Positions 1-12,622 of a stretch of 64,000 nt of DNA are shown here, in pieces (the stretch's first letter is position 1; each line of letters starts with the position of its first letter). Location: the NCBI GenBank assembly GCA_965603825.1, contig CBFDEM010000021.1:558001-622000 (forward strand), read 5' to 3'. A program made the position numbers and the translations under genes. The notes under the pieces are model-generated. The model was not told the origin of the DNA and did no database searches. It saw only the letters and a program-made list of their open reading frames with translations. The DNA is from Blepharisma stoltei ATCC 30299 (Eukaryota; Protista; Ciliophora).

Positions 1-649
1 AAGGCATTTTGAAATAAGAAGGTCTTTTGCATTTGGCTCATTTTTCCCTCAAACTTTTCATTTTACTGCAGAGGGGATTATGATAATTAAAGGATCTCCT
101 ATTTTGAGGCATAAGGATAATCATCACCGTATGATGTATCCTACATTTATGGTAAATAGATTGGGTATTGATAATATAATTATTATTGAAGAAGTATCTA
201 CTTGTTCTGAAGATGTCCCAATTGGTACATGGGCAAAAATTAATCAGCAATGCCAATTAGTAAGTTTCAACCCATTATTTGGACCAAATGTATCAAATTG
301 AGGGATCAAGTTTCCTGACATGAGCGATATTTTTACTCATGATCAGAGATGAAGAGAAGTTTTCCAACAGCACAGGGTTAGTTGCAAAGAAACCAAACTG
401 ATTTTTACTAGTACTGAAAGAGCTATTACAGGAAAGGCATTAAGTGAAGCTGCAAAAGATTTAGGAGCTGAAGTAATCGGGAAAAGTGGACCATTTTCTG
501 TTCAAGTCTCACAGCATAGGCTATCTTACCACTCATCTAAGAAAATTTTATACTTGTGCTATGCTGAGCATGATCCTATTTCAGGGATAAAAGTAGGCAG
601 CCCACCAGTCGAGCATCAACTAGCCATTAAAGAATTAATTCTATTATAA
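1..649 (+). CDS. 3' part of a hypothetical protein (5' end outside window); 2 internal TGA read as Trp
   Basis: Frame open from position 2 to TAA 647-649 if TGA 299-301 and 350-352 are sense; no recognisable motif. Confidence 0.7.
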
Positions 650-661
650 GGTTAATTATAG

Positions 662-1733
662 TTATCTTAAAGATACGGGCAATGACTCATAGTTAATACT
701 ATTGCTTTCTGGCGACTTGGAGATTGATATTATCGAAGTGCAGGATTTTTTATGCATGCAGGTCTTTTCTAATTCATTGTAAGTCATTGTTGATTGAATA
801 TAAGAAGGTAAGGGGGACAAAGGATTTTTTTCTCTTGGTAAGTCATTTTTAAAGTCATGAGAAATTACTTTTTTCTCAATCAAATCATATTTCACGTTAC
901 AATTTGTTCTAATATCCAAAGTTTCATCAAATAAATCTTCTCTATCAGACATTCTATGAAAATCAATTTTTCTAGTAATTTTAGGCAATATTTTTTCTTT
1001 GTTCGGACTGTACTCAGGCAAATATTTTGGAATCCTAAACATCTTATCAAGATTTCTTTCAGAATATTTATTTAAGTCAGGAAATGACTGGCGTCTGAAT
1101 GGAAATTACTTATATTTGCTATTGAATGCAGGCGATAAGTTGCTGACAGTAAATCTTGCCTCATGTCCATTAACTACATCATAAAACGGCTTTCGAGCAG
1201 ATTGTTTACTGAAAGGCACCCCTGGATATTTTGATTTTTTATCTTCTTCCTCTTTTATTTCTTCTGTTTCTAAAATAGGGGAAGAAGATGAAAAGAATTT
1301 GTGATCTCTTTTGATAGGAGGAATTGTAAATGAAAAAGGAGTTTTTGTTACAAGACTATAGCTCGGTTCATAGCAGCCTGTAGCTGGGGTTTCATCTTTG
1401 CTGCCCTAATTTAAGTTTTACTTCGAAAATAGAATAATGCACCCTTTCTGGACTTTTAAAGGCTGCAGAAGGACTTTTCTTATGCTTTTTGTGGGTTCCT
1501 TGATTTGATGATTCCTAAGTGGAAGTTACTTTGAGTAGCTTTTCAAGCTCTTCAGCTACTATTTTTTTGGTATTGACAAAAGATAATGATGGGGCAGAAG
1601 AGGATTTAGACATATGTCTGTATTTTGGTTGGGGTTTATTTGATAATATTGCATCTCTTTCTTGAAGAATTTTGAATTTTTCTAGGCTGTGTTTGCCTGC
1701 TCGCGAAAATAGCTCATGATTTCCTCCTGACAT
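662..1733 (-). CDS. Hypothetical protein with an STPG/SHIPPO-like motif (TPATGCYEP); three micro-introns
   Basis: ATG 1733; removing introns 1515-1529, 1406-1421 and 1095-1109 joins ORFs 1515-1739 and 662-1042 into one frame ending TAA. Confidence 0.75.
1095..1109 (-). other. 15-nt spliceosomal intron GTAATTTCCATTCAG
   Basis: GT..AG, A at -6, removes an in-frame TAA. Confidence 0.85.
1406..1421 (-). other. 16-nt spliceosomal intron GTAAAACTTAAATTAG
   Basis: GT..AG, A at -6, restores frame. Confidence 0.8.
1515..1529 (-). other. 15-nt spliceosomal intron GTAACTTCCACTTAG
   Basis: GT..AG, A at -6, removes in-frame TAG. Confidence 0.85.
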
Positions 1734-2162
1734 TGTCAAAGATTGCTTCCAAATTATTGTAAAATAAAAATATAAACTTTAAAATCCTTAAAGAAATACT
1801 TTTAGGCAATTGATAATACTTTAAATTGGGAAAAATATTCTATTCTCTAACAAATTTTAAATTCTAATTAAAATTATTATCTAAAGTTTAAATTAAACGG
1901 CTTAATAATCAATAATTCGAAAATAAAATGTATAAGTGAGCTGTAACATTGATAAATAATGGAATTACTAATTTCAATCATAATAATCAATAATAAACTA
2001 TTAAATCAATGCTTTTAATAATTATGCATAGAGAACTTTTTGTTATGTCTAAAAAATGACTAATTAAAGTATTCAATATTTAAGATAATTTCTTCAACTC
2101 AATAAAATAAGGATCTATTCACTAAATCTATATTTTTTTAAAATTAATACCATTAATAAATA

Positions 2163-3425
2163 ATGCTATCCATAGCACTCATTTGCTTATGTGCTAATTT
2201 TATGGCAACAGCAGACTTTTATTGAGAAAGCGGTAAACCAAAACATTCTAACTCTGGCATTCAATTTTTAATTCCTTTAACAAACCAAGAAAACGTGATT
2301 TCTAGTTAGTTTGCCTATTTTACTAGTGTAAATTTAGGTACTCCTCCTCAAAGTTTTAATTTGAGCATAGATACAGCTGGCTATAGGATATTAGTGCCTG
2401 ACAAAGATTGTGAATCTTGCACAGATTTTACAAACTTCTTTATTCCATATGACTCAGATACCTACCAAGGTCCATTTCAAACTATAAGAGTCAACTTCAG
2501 TGAAGATGAGTATGTCATAGGCAATTTAAGCTCAGAAACAACTTCTTTAGGGTCTGAAACAATTGCAGTGGCTGAAGCTCAAAGCTTTTTATTAATTGAA
2601 GAAGATAATCAGGTAAAATTTGAAAAAGATGGCTTATTTGGATTAGGGTTTAACTTAGATGATGACACTCCTACCTACATACAGACACTAGCTTATCAAC
2701 AAGTAATAAAATCACCAATTTTTTCTTTGTTTTTAAGCAATATAAATAGAAAAAATCAGCCAGCATCAACTCTTATTATAGGAGGGACTGATGATAGATT
2801 CTCTGAAGGCTCATTCACATACTTGGAGTTAGCTGATTTTAGAGGCTACTGAGAAATAAATATTACTGAAATATCTGATCCAATTAGACCTATGCCAATA
2901 CGTGGCGAAACTGCAATTATTGACTCAAGGGCTGCGATGATTTGAGGGCCAAGTGCTTATATAGACCAGATTCTTTATTATTTTCAAGAAAAATTCGGCT
3001 GCACTGGTAAATATTTGCTTTGCAAATGCGATGGAGAAATTGATTATCCTGATATTACATTTACTTTAGAAGGTAATAAATATCCTGTATCATATAAATC
3101 TTATTTTCAATTTTTTAGCAATCAAACATGCATGCTGATGATCTATTCTCACAATTTAACTGTATGGATCCTAGGCGTTCCGTTTCTGAGGGAATATTAT
3201 AGCGCTTATGATATGGAAAATTTGCAGATTTATCTAGCACCTGCTTTAAAAGGGGACAATGAATCTGATTCAAAAAAGCGACTATGAGTGATTATTATTG
3301 TAGTAATTTTTGCATTATTTTCAATAGCTGCTGTAGGACTAGTTTCTTATTGCTTTTACAAGAAGAAAAGAAATCCTAAAAAGATGTTGTATAAGTCAAT
3401 TGCAATGAGCTGTGCAATGACATAG
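2163..3425 (+). CDS. Pepsin-family (A1) aspartic protease-like protein with signal peptide and C-terminal TM anchor; degenerate catalytic motifs
   Basis: YFTSVNLGTPPQSF, DGLFGLGF, GY(W), WILGVPFLREYYSAYD motifs; intron 2295-2309; TGA at 2223, 2850, 2943, 3285; TAG 3423-3425. Confidence 0.85.
2295..2309 (+). other. 15-nt spliceosomal intron GTGATTTCTAGTTAG
   Basis: GT..AG, A at -6, removes in-frame TAG just before the conserved YFTSVNLGTP. Confidence 0.85.
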
Positions 3426-3506
3426 CATTGCATGCAATTAAATATATTTAAATGAATTTAAAAAAATAATAAATTATACTTATAAGCATGTTTATCAATT
3501 AACAAA

Positions 3507-6377
3507 TTAAGAATCTTTTTCTTTAAAAAGTGCAGTTTCCAAAGACTCAATGCAAGTTTTTCTCCCGAGCAAATCAGTGATATACATTTCTTTCCCTTCA
3601 AACTTCAGTAAACTAAACAGCCAGTCCCATCCCCCTTGCTCTTCAAGTATTTCATCAAACTTCGTTTCCTGCCAGACTTTCGCATGGAGTTTACCTTGAG
3701 CATGCTTTGATAATTTTTTGACTGGATTGTTTTTATCCCTTAAATAAAATTCTCCGTCTATTGGAAACAAGCAGCCTTGCTCATTGCCTGTTTCCACGTC
3801 ATAAATAGTCGCTCTGACTCCAATAATAGTGAGCCCAACCCCTATTAAGCTTATAGTTACAGGATCTTGGTACCCTTTGTTGTCAATTAGGTACCTTTTT
3901 CCCATCACAGAAGTAATAGGAATAGTCATAATAGATTCATCATAGTCATCATGGTCTTCTTGGGGCTGGGTGTCCATATCAATGTTTCCTTCAAGTTTCA
4001 AGCTCTCTAGCACATAATAAGCTATAATTTTTCGCTCATAAATCTCTGTTTTATCAATTTTTATACCGAAATTCTGCATTATTTGTCTATAGGAATAAGT
4101 ATAATGGCACTCAAATTTTCTATGTCTTCCACTTGAGTTGATTTTAAATAAGTTTTTGGCTCGGATTTGCCAAGCTCGCTTATTCCTTATATCTTGAATG
4201 ATTCATAATGTTTTCTCCAAACTTTTTCCAGTTACTGTAGCACGAATCATTAGAAATGGGTCTTTTTCGCACAATTGATTGAAATCTAAGTTGACTCCAA
4301 ATTGGTCTTTAACGTAAAGCTCCATTTCAGTGAGAATTGGGTCTAACTGTTTCAGAAATTCCATGTCAAACGGACAAATAGAAGGGATAATTTTTACTCC
4401 TGGCCTCACTACAGAATCGCATTTTTTCAACAGTAAACCACTGGCAGCATCATCGAAAACCATATCAATCCTAATACATTTATCGCCATAATCCTCATCA
4501 GTTGCATTACTTAGCACCATTCTAACTGTGCTATTGGAAACATAATTCAAGCTTACTTTGCAAGAAGTCATCAAGAAGATCCTAGTCGATGCTCTTGGCA
4601 ACAGTCCAGCGCTCTGCCCCCAAATTTCGATTTTTTTTGAATTATCTGGAGCAGTTACCATCCTCATGAATGGCAGTAGATATCATTTCGCAAATTTTTC
4701 AAAAGAATCAATGAATTTCAAAGTCATCGAATAAGGCAGCACATCGCGTATACTTAGAAATGGGAGGATTTTTTGAAGATCCATGAGAGGAATTGATTCT
4801 GTTGCTACAATGGCAGTTGAGTCTGAAAGTGAGCTAGAAAGGGTCGCATATGGGACATTTTCTGATAATGAAAGGGAGCAGGCGTTTAAATAGGATTGGG
4901 AATTATATATGGCGACTTGGCCTATTTCACATTTTTCATGGATTGGGAAATAAGGCTGCTGAGGATTAAGTAGGAACGAGCCATCTGTTATAGCTGAATC
5001 TTTGGAAAAGTTATACTTCAGCAAATCTTTGCGGAAAGAAGGACGGATTGGGATACATGGAAGTAAAGCTCCTGGCAGCCTAATGATTTTTGTTTTCAAA
5101 ATTGGCTGGCTTTTAACAACTTGCGGCTTTGTAGTCTGCCTTTCAATTGGAGTTTGCTTCTGAAGCACAGGCTTATTTGGCTCAGCTGCTTTAAGTTCTG
5201 GCTTGCTCTCATTAGCTTTTGCAGCTTGTCTGTTGGCCTGTGGATGCTCAAACTCTGTATCACTTGATTTAAAAGAAATAATTGGCTGCTTTATCGCAAT
5301 ATCAGACTGCTCAAGATCAATATCCATCTGTCTATTCCCTCTTTGTCTAATTTGATAATCTTGTTGAGGAGACTGCTCTCTTTTTATTTTCAACTGTGAC
5401 TCTGGGTGGCTTAAAGGAGTTTGCTTTGGGATTTCCTTTTTCTCTTCAATCGACGTAGATCTAGGCTGATATTTGTAATTAGTGAAATCCAAACTAATTT
5501 CAGTGCTGGGATTTTTATCGAAACCTTCAGAGCTCGAGCTGACACCCGAAGACCTCCTAACGACTTTTAGCTCCTTCCGATGAGGAAACGCTAGCCGTTG
5601 GGTTATTGGGTTATTTTCTCCTAAAAACCTTAAAGAAAGCTTCGAAGCTTGGCTTGACAAGTCTTCTGCCTCTTTTAGTGATTTTCTGTCTCCATTGTTC
5701 CTAAGAGCGCTTATCATATTGATATACGCGACTATCAGCAGAGTCACGCTTTCAATAAACCTCAAATTCTTTAATAATTCTGCGTCGCTTTTGCTTCTGA
5801 CCAATTCCATAATTTTCGGCTCCATTAATTTTGCGGCTTCTTTCGCTGTATGGTAAGCTTCATGGTAAGCTCCAATTTCTGTCAAAACTGCTGCTTTATT
5901 GACTCTTGTGATCAAGCTTCCCGTTAAATCTTTACTCTTTCTCTCGACTACAGCTGCAGCTTCTATAAACCTGCAGGCGTCTTCAAATTCTCCTTGAGAA
6001 TGACAAGCATAAGCCAAATTTAAATTTGTGGTCGCCAAAATTCCCATTGTTTCGTTATCTTGAGGCAAGCTTGACAATAGAGTGATCCCACTTTCCAAAA
6101 TCATCTTTGCTGATCCCACATCGCCATCTCTTACGAGCTGGATTCCGAACTGATTTCCTATACTTGCAAGGGATCTTTTCATTTCTTGAGTCCTCTCGTT
6201 TGTATCCAGAAGGAACTTTGTGTCGACTGTCTCAGAAAAACTGATAAGGACTGTTATGATATCATCCACTTTTCCCTAAATCAATTTTACCTGCTTTTCG
6301 TAGATCCTGCACATTTCAAAGGCATGCTCCGCGCAGCAGATTTGGCTGGGGTTTAAAGGGTGGTAGTGTCTTTCCAT
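3507..6377 (-). CDS. Large TPR-containing hypothetical protein
   Basis: ORFs 4683-6269, 4203-4667 and 3507-4079 share one frame separated only by TGA; ATG 6377 linked via intron 6276-6290; TPR-like helices (ATTNLNLAYACHSQGEFEDA). Confidence 0.8.
6276..6290 (-). other. 15-nt spliceosomal intron GTAAAATTGATTTAG
   Basis: GT..AG, A at -6, removes in-frame TAG. Confidence 0.8.
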
Positions 6378-6395
6378 CTTAGCTATACGTTTATA

Positions 6396-8468
6396 ATGAA
6401 TTTTTTGACCATTTTCCATAGTAAAACACCATCTGCACCTCCGAAAGAAAAGAAAAAGCTCTCTAGCGCAATTCCTAAAACCGATGGTGACTTGTTTACT
6501 CTAAATACTTCCAAGCAGCCAATAATCACTCTTTTAAAGAGCCAAAGCGACGAAGACAAGCTTAAAGGACTCAAAGCTGTAGTTGCTATGATAATTACAC
6601 GAAAAGATCCAGCACCCTTTATGCCTTATATAGTGAACATGATAACAACTGATTTTAAGATGAAGAAGCTTGCTTATTATTACTTGATCAACTGCTGCCA
6701 CATATGCAGCAATGAAATTTTGATGTCAATCAATTCATTTCATAAAGACTTAATTGATCAGAGAGCACTGATCAGGGCTTCAGCGCTCAGAGCAATTTCA
6801 AGCTTAAAAATTGATGAAATCATGCCAATTATGCTGATGTCAGTACAAAGGACAGTAGCTGATTTTTCTGTATACGTGAGAAGAGCTTCTGCGTATGCGC
6901 TCATTAAGCTTGTCCATTGGGATGAAAATAATAAAGAAAATGTCATTGTGCTGCTTGGAAAGCTATTAGATGATGTAAATCCATTGATTCTTGGCCCTGC
7001 ATTTTATGCATTTAATTACATTTGTCCTGAAAGACTTGATTTAATTCATCCGAGATTCAGAAGAATTTGTAGAGAAATCGAGACAATTGAACCGATTTTC
7101 ATACCAAATCTGGTGCAGGTGCTGTTAAGATATGCAAGGTTTTATTTGGATAAAAAGTTTGTCAATGAAAATGAGAAAACAGACCAAGATTTCAAGCTAT
7201 GTTTAGACTCGCTAGCAGGGCTCTTGTATTTCGAGAATCCACCAGTTTTAATTGCAGCTGCTGAAGCGTTTTTGCTATTAGAATATGAAGCAAGATACCA
7301 AAATGTAGTTAACGCTCTATTAAGTTTTAAACATCAAGCCCATGATTCAGCATATTTAATGATTTCTTTGCTGGAAGAATATGCCAAAAAGGCACCAAAA
7401 TTGTTTAATCATTGCACAAGCTATTTTTTCTTGAATAATGGGGAACATAAAAACATAGCGCTGAAGAAGTTAAAAATTTTAGGATATATTGTATCTGAAA
7501 CAACAGTTTCTTCAATATTAAAAGAGCTAAATGTATATGCTCATAATGAATCTGAAGAGATATCTTCCACAAGCATATCAATAATAGGGAAAATTGTGGA
7601 GAAGAACCCATCATTCTCAGAGCCTTGCACTAAACATTTGGTTTTGCTATTAAAATCCCATTCTCCACTTATAACAGCTCAAGTCATTATTGTCCTGAGG
7701 AGGCTGATCACACAAAATCCATCAAAGCATAGGAAAATAATTGTCCACTGTGCAAGGATTGTAGAGCTGCTTCAAAACCCTATTGCTAAAGCTAGCGCAA
7801 TTTGAATCATTGGCAGGTATTATTCGATTATCCCAACCCTGGCTGCGGATTGCATTCGAAAACTTACACTAAACTTTACAAAAGAGCTTTCTCCAGTAAA
7901 GCACCAAATTATTAATTCTGCTGTCAAAATGTATACAGAAGCTCAATCCCCTATAAAAGACAGGCTTAGAGAAATTTTGTGTCATTTAATAGAGCTGGCT
8001 AGCTATGATTCCAGTTATGACTTAAGAGATAAGGCAAGGCTTCTTTCGATAATTTTTAAGGAAAGAGAAATTTCTTGCTTAGAAAGTAAAGAACTTTTTA
8101 AAAATAATGGGGATATGATTGCTGTAGATATTTCTGAATCTGCTTATTTTCCTGTTACAATTTCGTATCTTTTAGGGAAAAAAGTTAATGGGTATTCAAA
8201 GTATTGGGAAGATTTAACAAATAAAGAAAAATTGATTGAAACTATTAGCGAAGACTCATCTGGATTTAGAGATACAGAAACAATGCCGACTCTTAGGGTT
8301 GAATCTGCTAAGCATTACTCAAGTGATGACATTCCAAAAATTGGAGGAAGTGGGATGGCGGTAAGGGTCAAAATAAACAACCCGAACGATTTAGAAGAAT
8401 TCTTAGCCTCAAGTGAAGAAGAATATGAAGAAGGCTCTGATGAAGATGCTGAAGAAGATATTGAATAA
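6396..8468 (+). CDS. AP3B: AP-3 complex subunit beta (adaptin N-terminal domain)
   Basis: KKLAYYYL, LMSINSFHKDL, IRASALRAISS, YVRRASAYAL, SYDLRDKAR, acidic tail; TGA 7803-7805 at the conserved W of AI(W)IIG. Confidence 0.88.
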
Positions 8469-8479
8469 TCTAAAACCAC

Positions 8480-9811
8480 TTATTCTAACCCTAATGAATA
8501 AAACATCTTACCGAAGTCTTCAAAAGCTTCTATCAACTCTTTCTTCTGTGCAGTTGCCACATCTAATTTTTCCCTCAGCTTAAAAATTTCATTCGCCAAA
8601 ATATGCCTGTTTTCTTCAAATTCCTTACTTGAAAGCTCCAAATTCTTTTTGAGTTGCAATTTTTCTACTTCTAGTTGTTTTAGAGTTTGCTTTAAGAACG
8701 CTAAATCGCTGACTTTTTTTGTATAATTCATATCAAGATCATGAAGCCTTTTAACTAAGCTTCCTTTGATATCCAGTTGTGCATTTAAAGCGACCTCTAA
8801 ACTGTCCCTAGAATGTTCAGAACTTAGCAATTTAGCTTTGGTTTCTCTTATTTTTACAACAAAAAAATTTTTTAATTTTTCGATTTGCTATGTTGGTTTT
8901 ACCTTTGCATCAATAAGAAGCCTTGCACCTTCTAATAGCAGCCCAGCAAATGAAGTTTGCATGAAATTTATGTATTCTCCCATTTTCTGAGGGTTAGAAG
9001 CTAATAGAGCAGCTCCTTTGTTTAGTAGCATGACCGTTTTGTCAATCTGAAAAGTATTTGAAATAAGTTCTTCTACTGATGAAAACTTTTCTTGTTGGCC
9101 TTGGCTTGATGTCGCGATTTCGGTTTGCTTTTTTAAAGTAAGCAAAGTTTTAGTTGCGTTTAAGAGCTTTTCTTCAAATGGCTTCCCAATAACATATTCT
9201 TGGGCCACAAATCTGCGTGGACATTACTTTCCAATTAGCAATTTTATTTCTTCTTTGTCTTCAGGTGAAAAATAAATCTGTATAGGATCAATTGGGATAG
9301 GAATAACAGATGTTTGCTTTATAATGTCATTTGATATTTGATTCCAGATTGACCTATCTTTAGACAGCACAGAGTGAAATCTCTTGTTTATTTGCATTAA
9401 TGCACAAAACTCACTCGCTCCAAAATACAGCTTCAAGTTATCCCAAATCTTTTCTTTCGACACAACTTCGAAAAATTGATTATGATCAATCATCACTTTT
9501 TCAATTTCTTGCATTTCTTTTTGTTTTTGCTTTAAAACTTCTAACTCTGACCTCATTTCATCATTAATCTAGCTATTTTTTACTAATTCCAATTCTTCAG
9601 TCCTTTCTTGTAATTCTGAGTTCCTCTTCCTAATTTTATGAATGTAATCCAATATTTTCTTCGGAATTTTTTCTTGCTTGAGTTCGTCTTCAAGCTTGCT
9701 GATATATTTTTCCTTTTCTTCTAAATCGGTGCTTAATGTTTTAAGGATATGATCAGTGTCCGCAAAATATTTCAACTTTTCAATAACAGAAGGGATTACA
9801 TCGATGCTCAT
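8480..9811 (-). CDS. Coiled-coil protein with a central F-box-like motif; three micro-introns
   Basis: Four ORF pieces joined by introns 9569-9583, 9213-9227 and 8888-8902; ATG 9811 chosen from context; IWDNLKLYF..EFCALMQINKRFHSVL..IW resembles an F-box. Confidence 0.75.
8888..8902 (-). other. 15-nt spliceosomal intron GTAAAACCAACATAG
   Basis: GT..AG, A at -6, removes TAG. Confidence 0.85.
9213..9227 (-). other. 15-nt spliceosomal intron GTAATGTCCACGCAG
   Basis: GT..AG, A at -6, removes TAA. Confidence 0.85.
9569..9583 (-). other. 15-nt spliceosomal intron GTAAAAAATAGCTAG
   Basis: GT..AG, A at -6, removes TAG. Confidence 0.85.
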
Positions 9812-9896
9812 TATATTAATATGAAATTTGTTTATTTCTCTATTAGCTTCAACAAAAGAAAAACTTAGGCTTCTAATAAACAAAGATCACCATATT

Positions 9897-12278
9897 ATGG
9901 AAATAAGGCGCGTTAATGGTCTATCAGACGCACAGAATACAGAGCAAGCTTTTCCTAGTTTCGTTGGCTTCTCAACTATAGGCAGCAAACAGCCTGTGAA
10001 GATTTCTGAAGAAAGCTGAAAAAAGGCCCAATCCTTATTTGGTGATGAAGAAGAAAGCCAAGGAAATTTTTTGGGTTCAAACTTCCAATTTCAGAAATTT
10101 TCAGATCAAAATATAGAGAAAAATACACAATTTGAAGCTCCGGTAATGCAAGCTGTAGGCTTTGGGAATATGAATCAGCAAATGCCTATGTTTACTTCTG
10201 GGTCATTTAAAAATATCTCGATATCTGATGAAGCTTTAAAAAAAGCTCAAGCGATGTTTTCATTTGAAGACGAAAGCCAAAAGAAGCAAATGCCTATGTT
10301 TACTTCTGGGTCATCCAAAAATATCTCGATATCTGATGAAGCCTTAAAAAAAGCTCAAGCAATGTTTTCATTTGAAGACGAAAGCCAATATAATGGGAAC
10401 TTTGGAGGGTTTTCCAAGCCTAAATCGCAAAATTCTCAAAATACGATTAGAAATTGCATAGAAAACCAGCAGGATGAATCTTGGGATATCAGAAGTATAG
10501 GTTCTAACTCAACCAGAACTAGCGAAGCAGGAAACAAATTTAAGCCTGTTTCTTTAGCCTTTAAATCAGATCGCAGTCAAACTATTAGAACTAAGCTGTC
10601 TACTAATTTAAGACCAGGAAGAAAAGAATTCTCTGCAAACGGACTAATCCGACCCAAAACATCTTCTTTAAAAAGCCCATTTAGACCTCCAACTACTTCT
10701 CTAAAAATTAAGCAGCCATCCCCAGTCCACCAATCTAAACGTCCTCTCCTAAAAACTCCAGAAACAGTAGAAAAATCTTTCAGACCTTCAACTCTTTCCT
10801 TAAAAGAAATAAATAACTTCAAACCCCTCTCCAAATTTTACGATTCCTCCGGCATTGCAATTACTGCAGAATCCTCCTTTGGCTACCTTTTCCATTGCAA
10901 CTGTTTTAACACCATGATCTGCTCCTGCAATAAGTCTTCCAATACAAGCTGAGAAGATTTCTACGACAAGCTCGTTGACGATGGGTTTAAATGCTCCAAA
11001 GAATGGGTAAATCATCACTATAGATTTCTTGTATGAAAATATGCCTCATATGAGAGAAGACTCCCCAAGTATAAAGGTGCCTTTTGTGTGAAAAAAATCT
11101 ATGAAGGATTGAAAAGGAGATTTGAAGTAGAAATTAGTGGGGGGAGAAGAAGTATCATTAAGAAAATTATTGATGGGGATGAATTTGCAAATAAAAGGAT
11201 GATACTGTGTGTGGGAACAGTCAAGCGGGATGAAAATGTTATCAGTTTAGAGCTAACTGATGGGTGATACTCTTTATTTAGTGTGGTCACAAAAAGTGAT
11301 CCGATATTTAATTTGGTGGATAGTAAAAAAATATTTCAAGGACAGAAAGTCGAGATTTATGGAGCTGAAAAGAAAGAATCGTGCATCAAAATATCATATA
11401 ATAGCTTAAGGAGAGCTCCTTGATATGCAAAACTTGGACTTTGCAATTCTCAGTACCCGTTTCCTGTGAATGTTTTATCAATCAATGAAAGTGGGGGATT
11501 AATTTCACGAGTTATTGGGTATATACAGAAAATTTATCCATTTATCAGCCAGGAATTCAGAGAAGAAACCCCTGCTTCAGAAGGAAAGTCTGCAAAACTC
11601 AGAGCCTTTTTTGATATCAAAATCAAAGACGCATTAATTGACCACAACAAGACAAAAGGTAAAGGCTCTGCAATAATCACAATTTACAACTCTGCGCCTT
11701 CCTTATATGAAGACTTGCTCCCTGGCCAAAAGGTTTCCTTCATAAACTTGCAAGTGTCAAAGCTTAAGTCTCATGGAAAATTGCATTTAAATTTCATCAA
11801 AGGCTCCAGTGTGATCACAACCAAAGAATATAGAAAAGACTTGATAAAGAAGCCAAGACTTCTCTCAGTAGGAGAGAAAATAAACAAAGAAGGTGACATT
11901 GTCGGAATTTTATTAAAAACAGTCAAAACAAGATCAGATGAAATATATTCATTGATTATGGCGAACTCTAATATGCATTTAATGGTGCTAAATATCCATC
12001 ACCCTGGACAGTTTGGTAAACCATTGACAAAATTAGTTCCATCATATGAAGGAAATATGAAAATCATTGCAATGAAAAATGTGTATGCAGAAGGCTACAA
12101 TAGCTTTACTACAAGCATAAATAGTGAAATGGTTAAAGGAAGCTACACCAATCATATTGCTGAAGAGGCTGAAAAGCTATCTGCGCTATGAAAGACTAAA
12201 GAAAGAGAAACATTGTGATTAGTTCATAAAAAAGAATGCGACAAATTTGGATGTGTTTGCCATTGGAATTATAGTTAG
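9897..12278 (+). CDS. BRCA2: BRCA2 homologue (3 BRC repeats, helical domain, OB folds)
   Basis: BRC-like F.T/S.S.K...ISDEALKKAQ..F; WVNHHYRFLV(W)K, LELTDG(W)Y, NSLRRAP(W)YAKLG; 7 in-frame TGA (10017, 10950, 11034, 11265, 11421, 12189, 12216); TAG 12276-12278. Confidence 0.92.
10177..10388 (+). repeat. Near-perfect 108-nt tandem duplication encoding two BRC repeats
   Basis: 10177-10280 vs 10285-10388, 4 mismatches seen by eye. Confidence 0.95.
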
Positions 12279-12364
12279 GAATGTTTATATATTAATTCAA
12301 ATTATATATGAATAAAATAGTTAATTATGATTATGAGATCTACCTCATGGCCTATTTATCTGGT

Positions 12365-12622
12365 TTAAAGTGAAGAGTTTTTACAGTTTTCCATCATTTC
12401 TTTCAAGCTTTTGTTCTCCATTGTCAAAATCCTGTTTTCTCTTTCCAAGATTTCTACCTCCAAAATCATGTCTCTCAAAACGCTTTCTCTTTCTGCGTCT
12501 TTTACCATGATTTCCATCATCACAGCTTGCTCGACGTTTGCGACTTCTTGAAATTTATTCATTAGAATTTCTTTGGAGTTCTGGACGACTCTTTCTGCAT
12601 CCCATCCTGATCGATCGGTCAT
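12365..12622 (-). CDS. Small coiled-coil hypothetical protein (85 aa)
   Basis: ATG..TAA ORF with coding-like composition between AT-rich spacers. Confidence 0.65.
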   Translation of the reverse strand: MTDRSGWDAERVVQNSKEILMNKFQEVANVEQAVMMEIMVKDAERESVLRDMILEVEILERENRILTMENKSLKEMMENCKNSSL

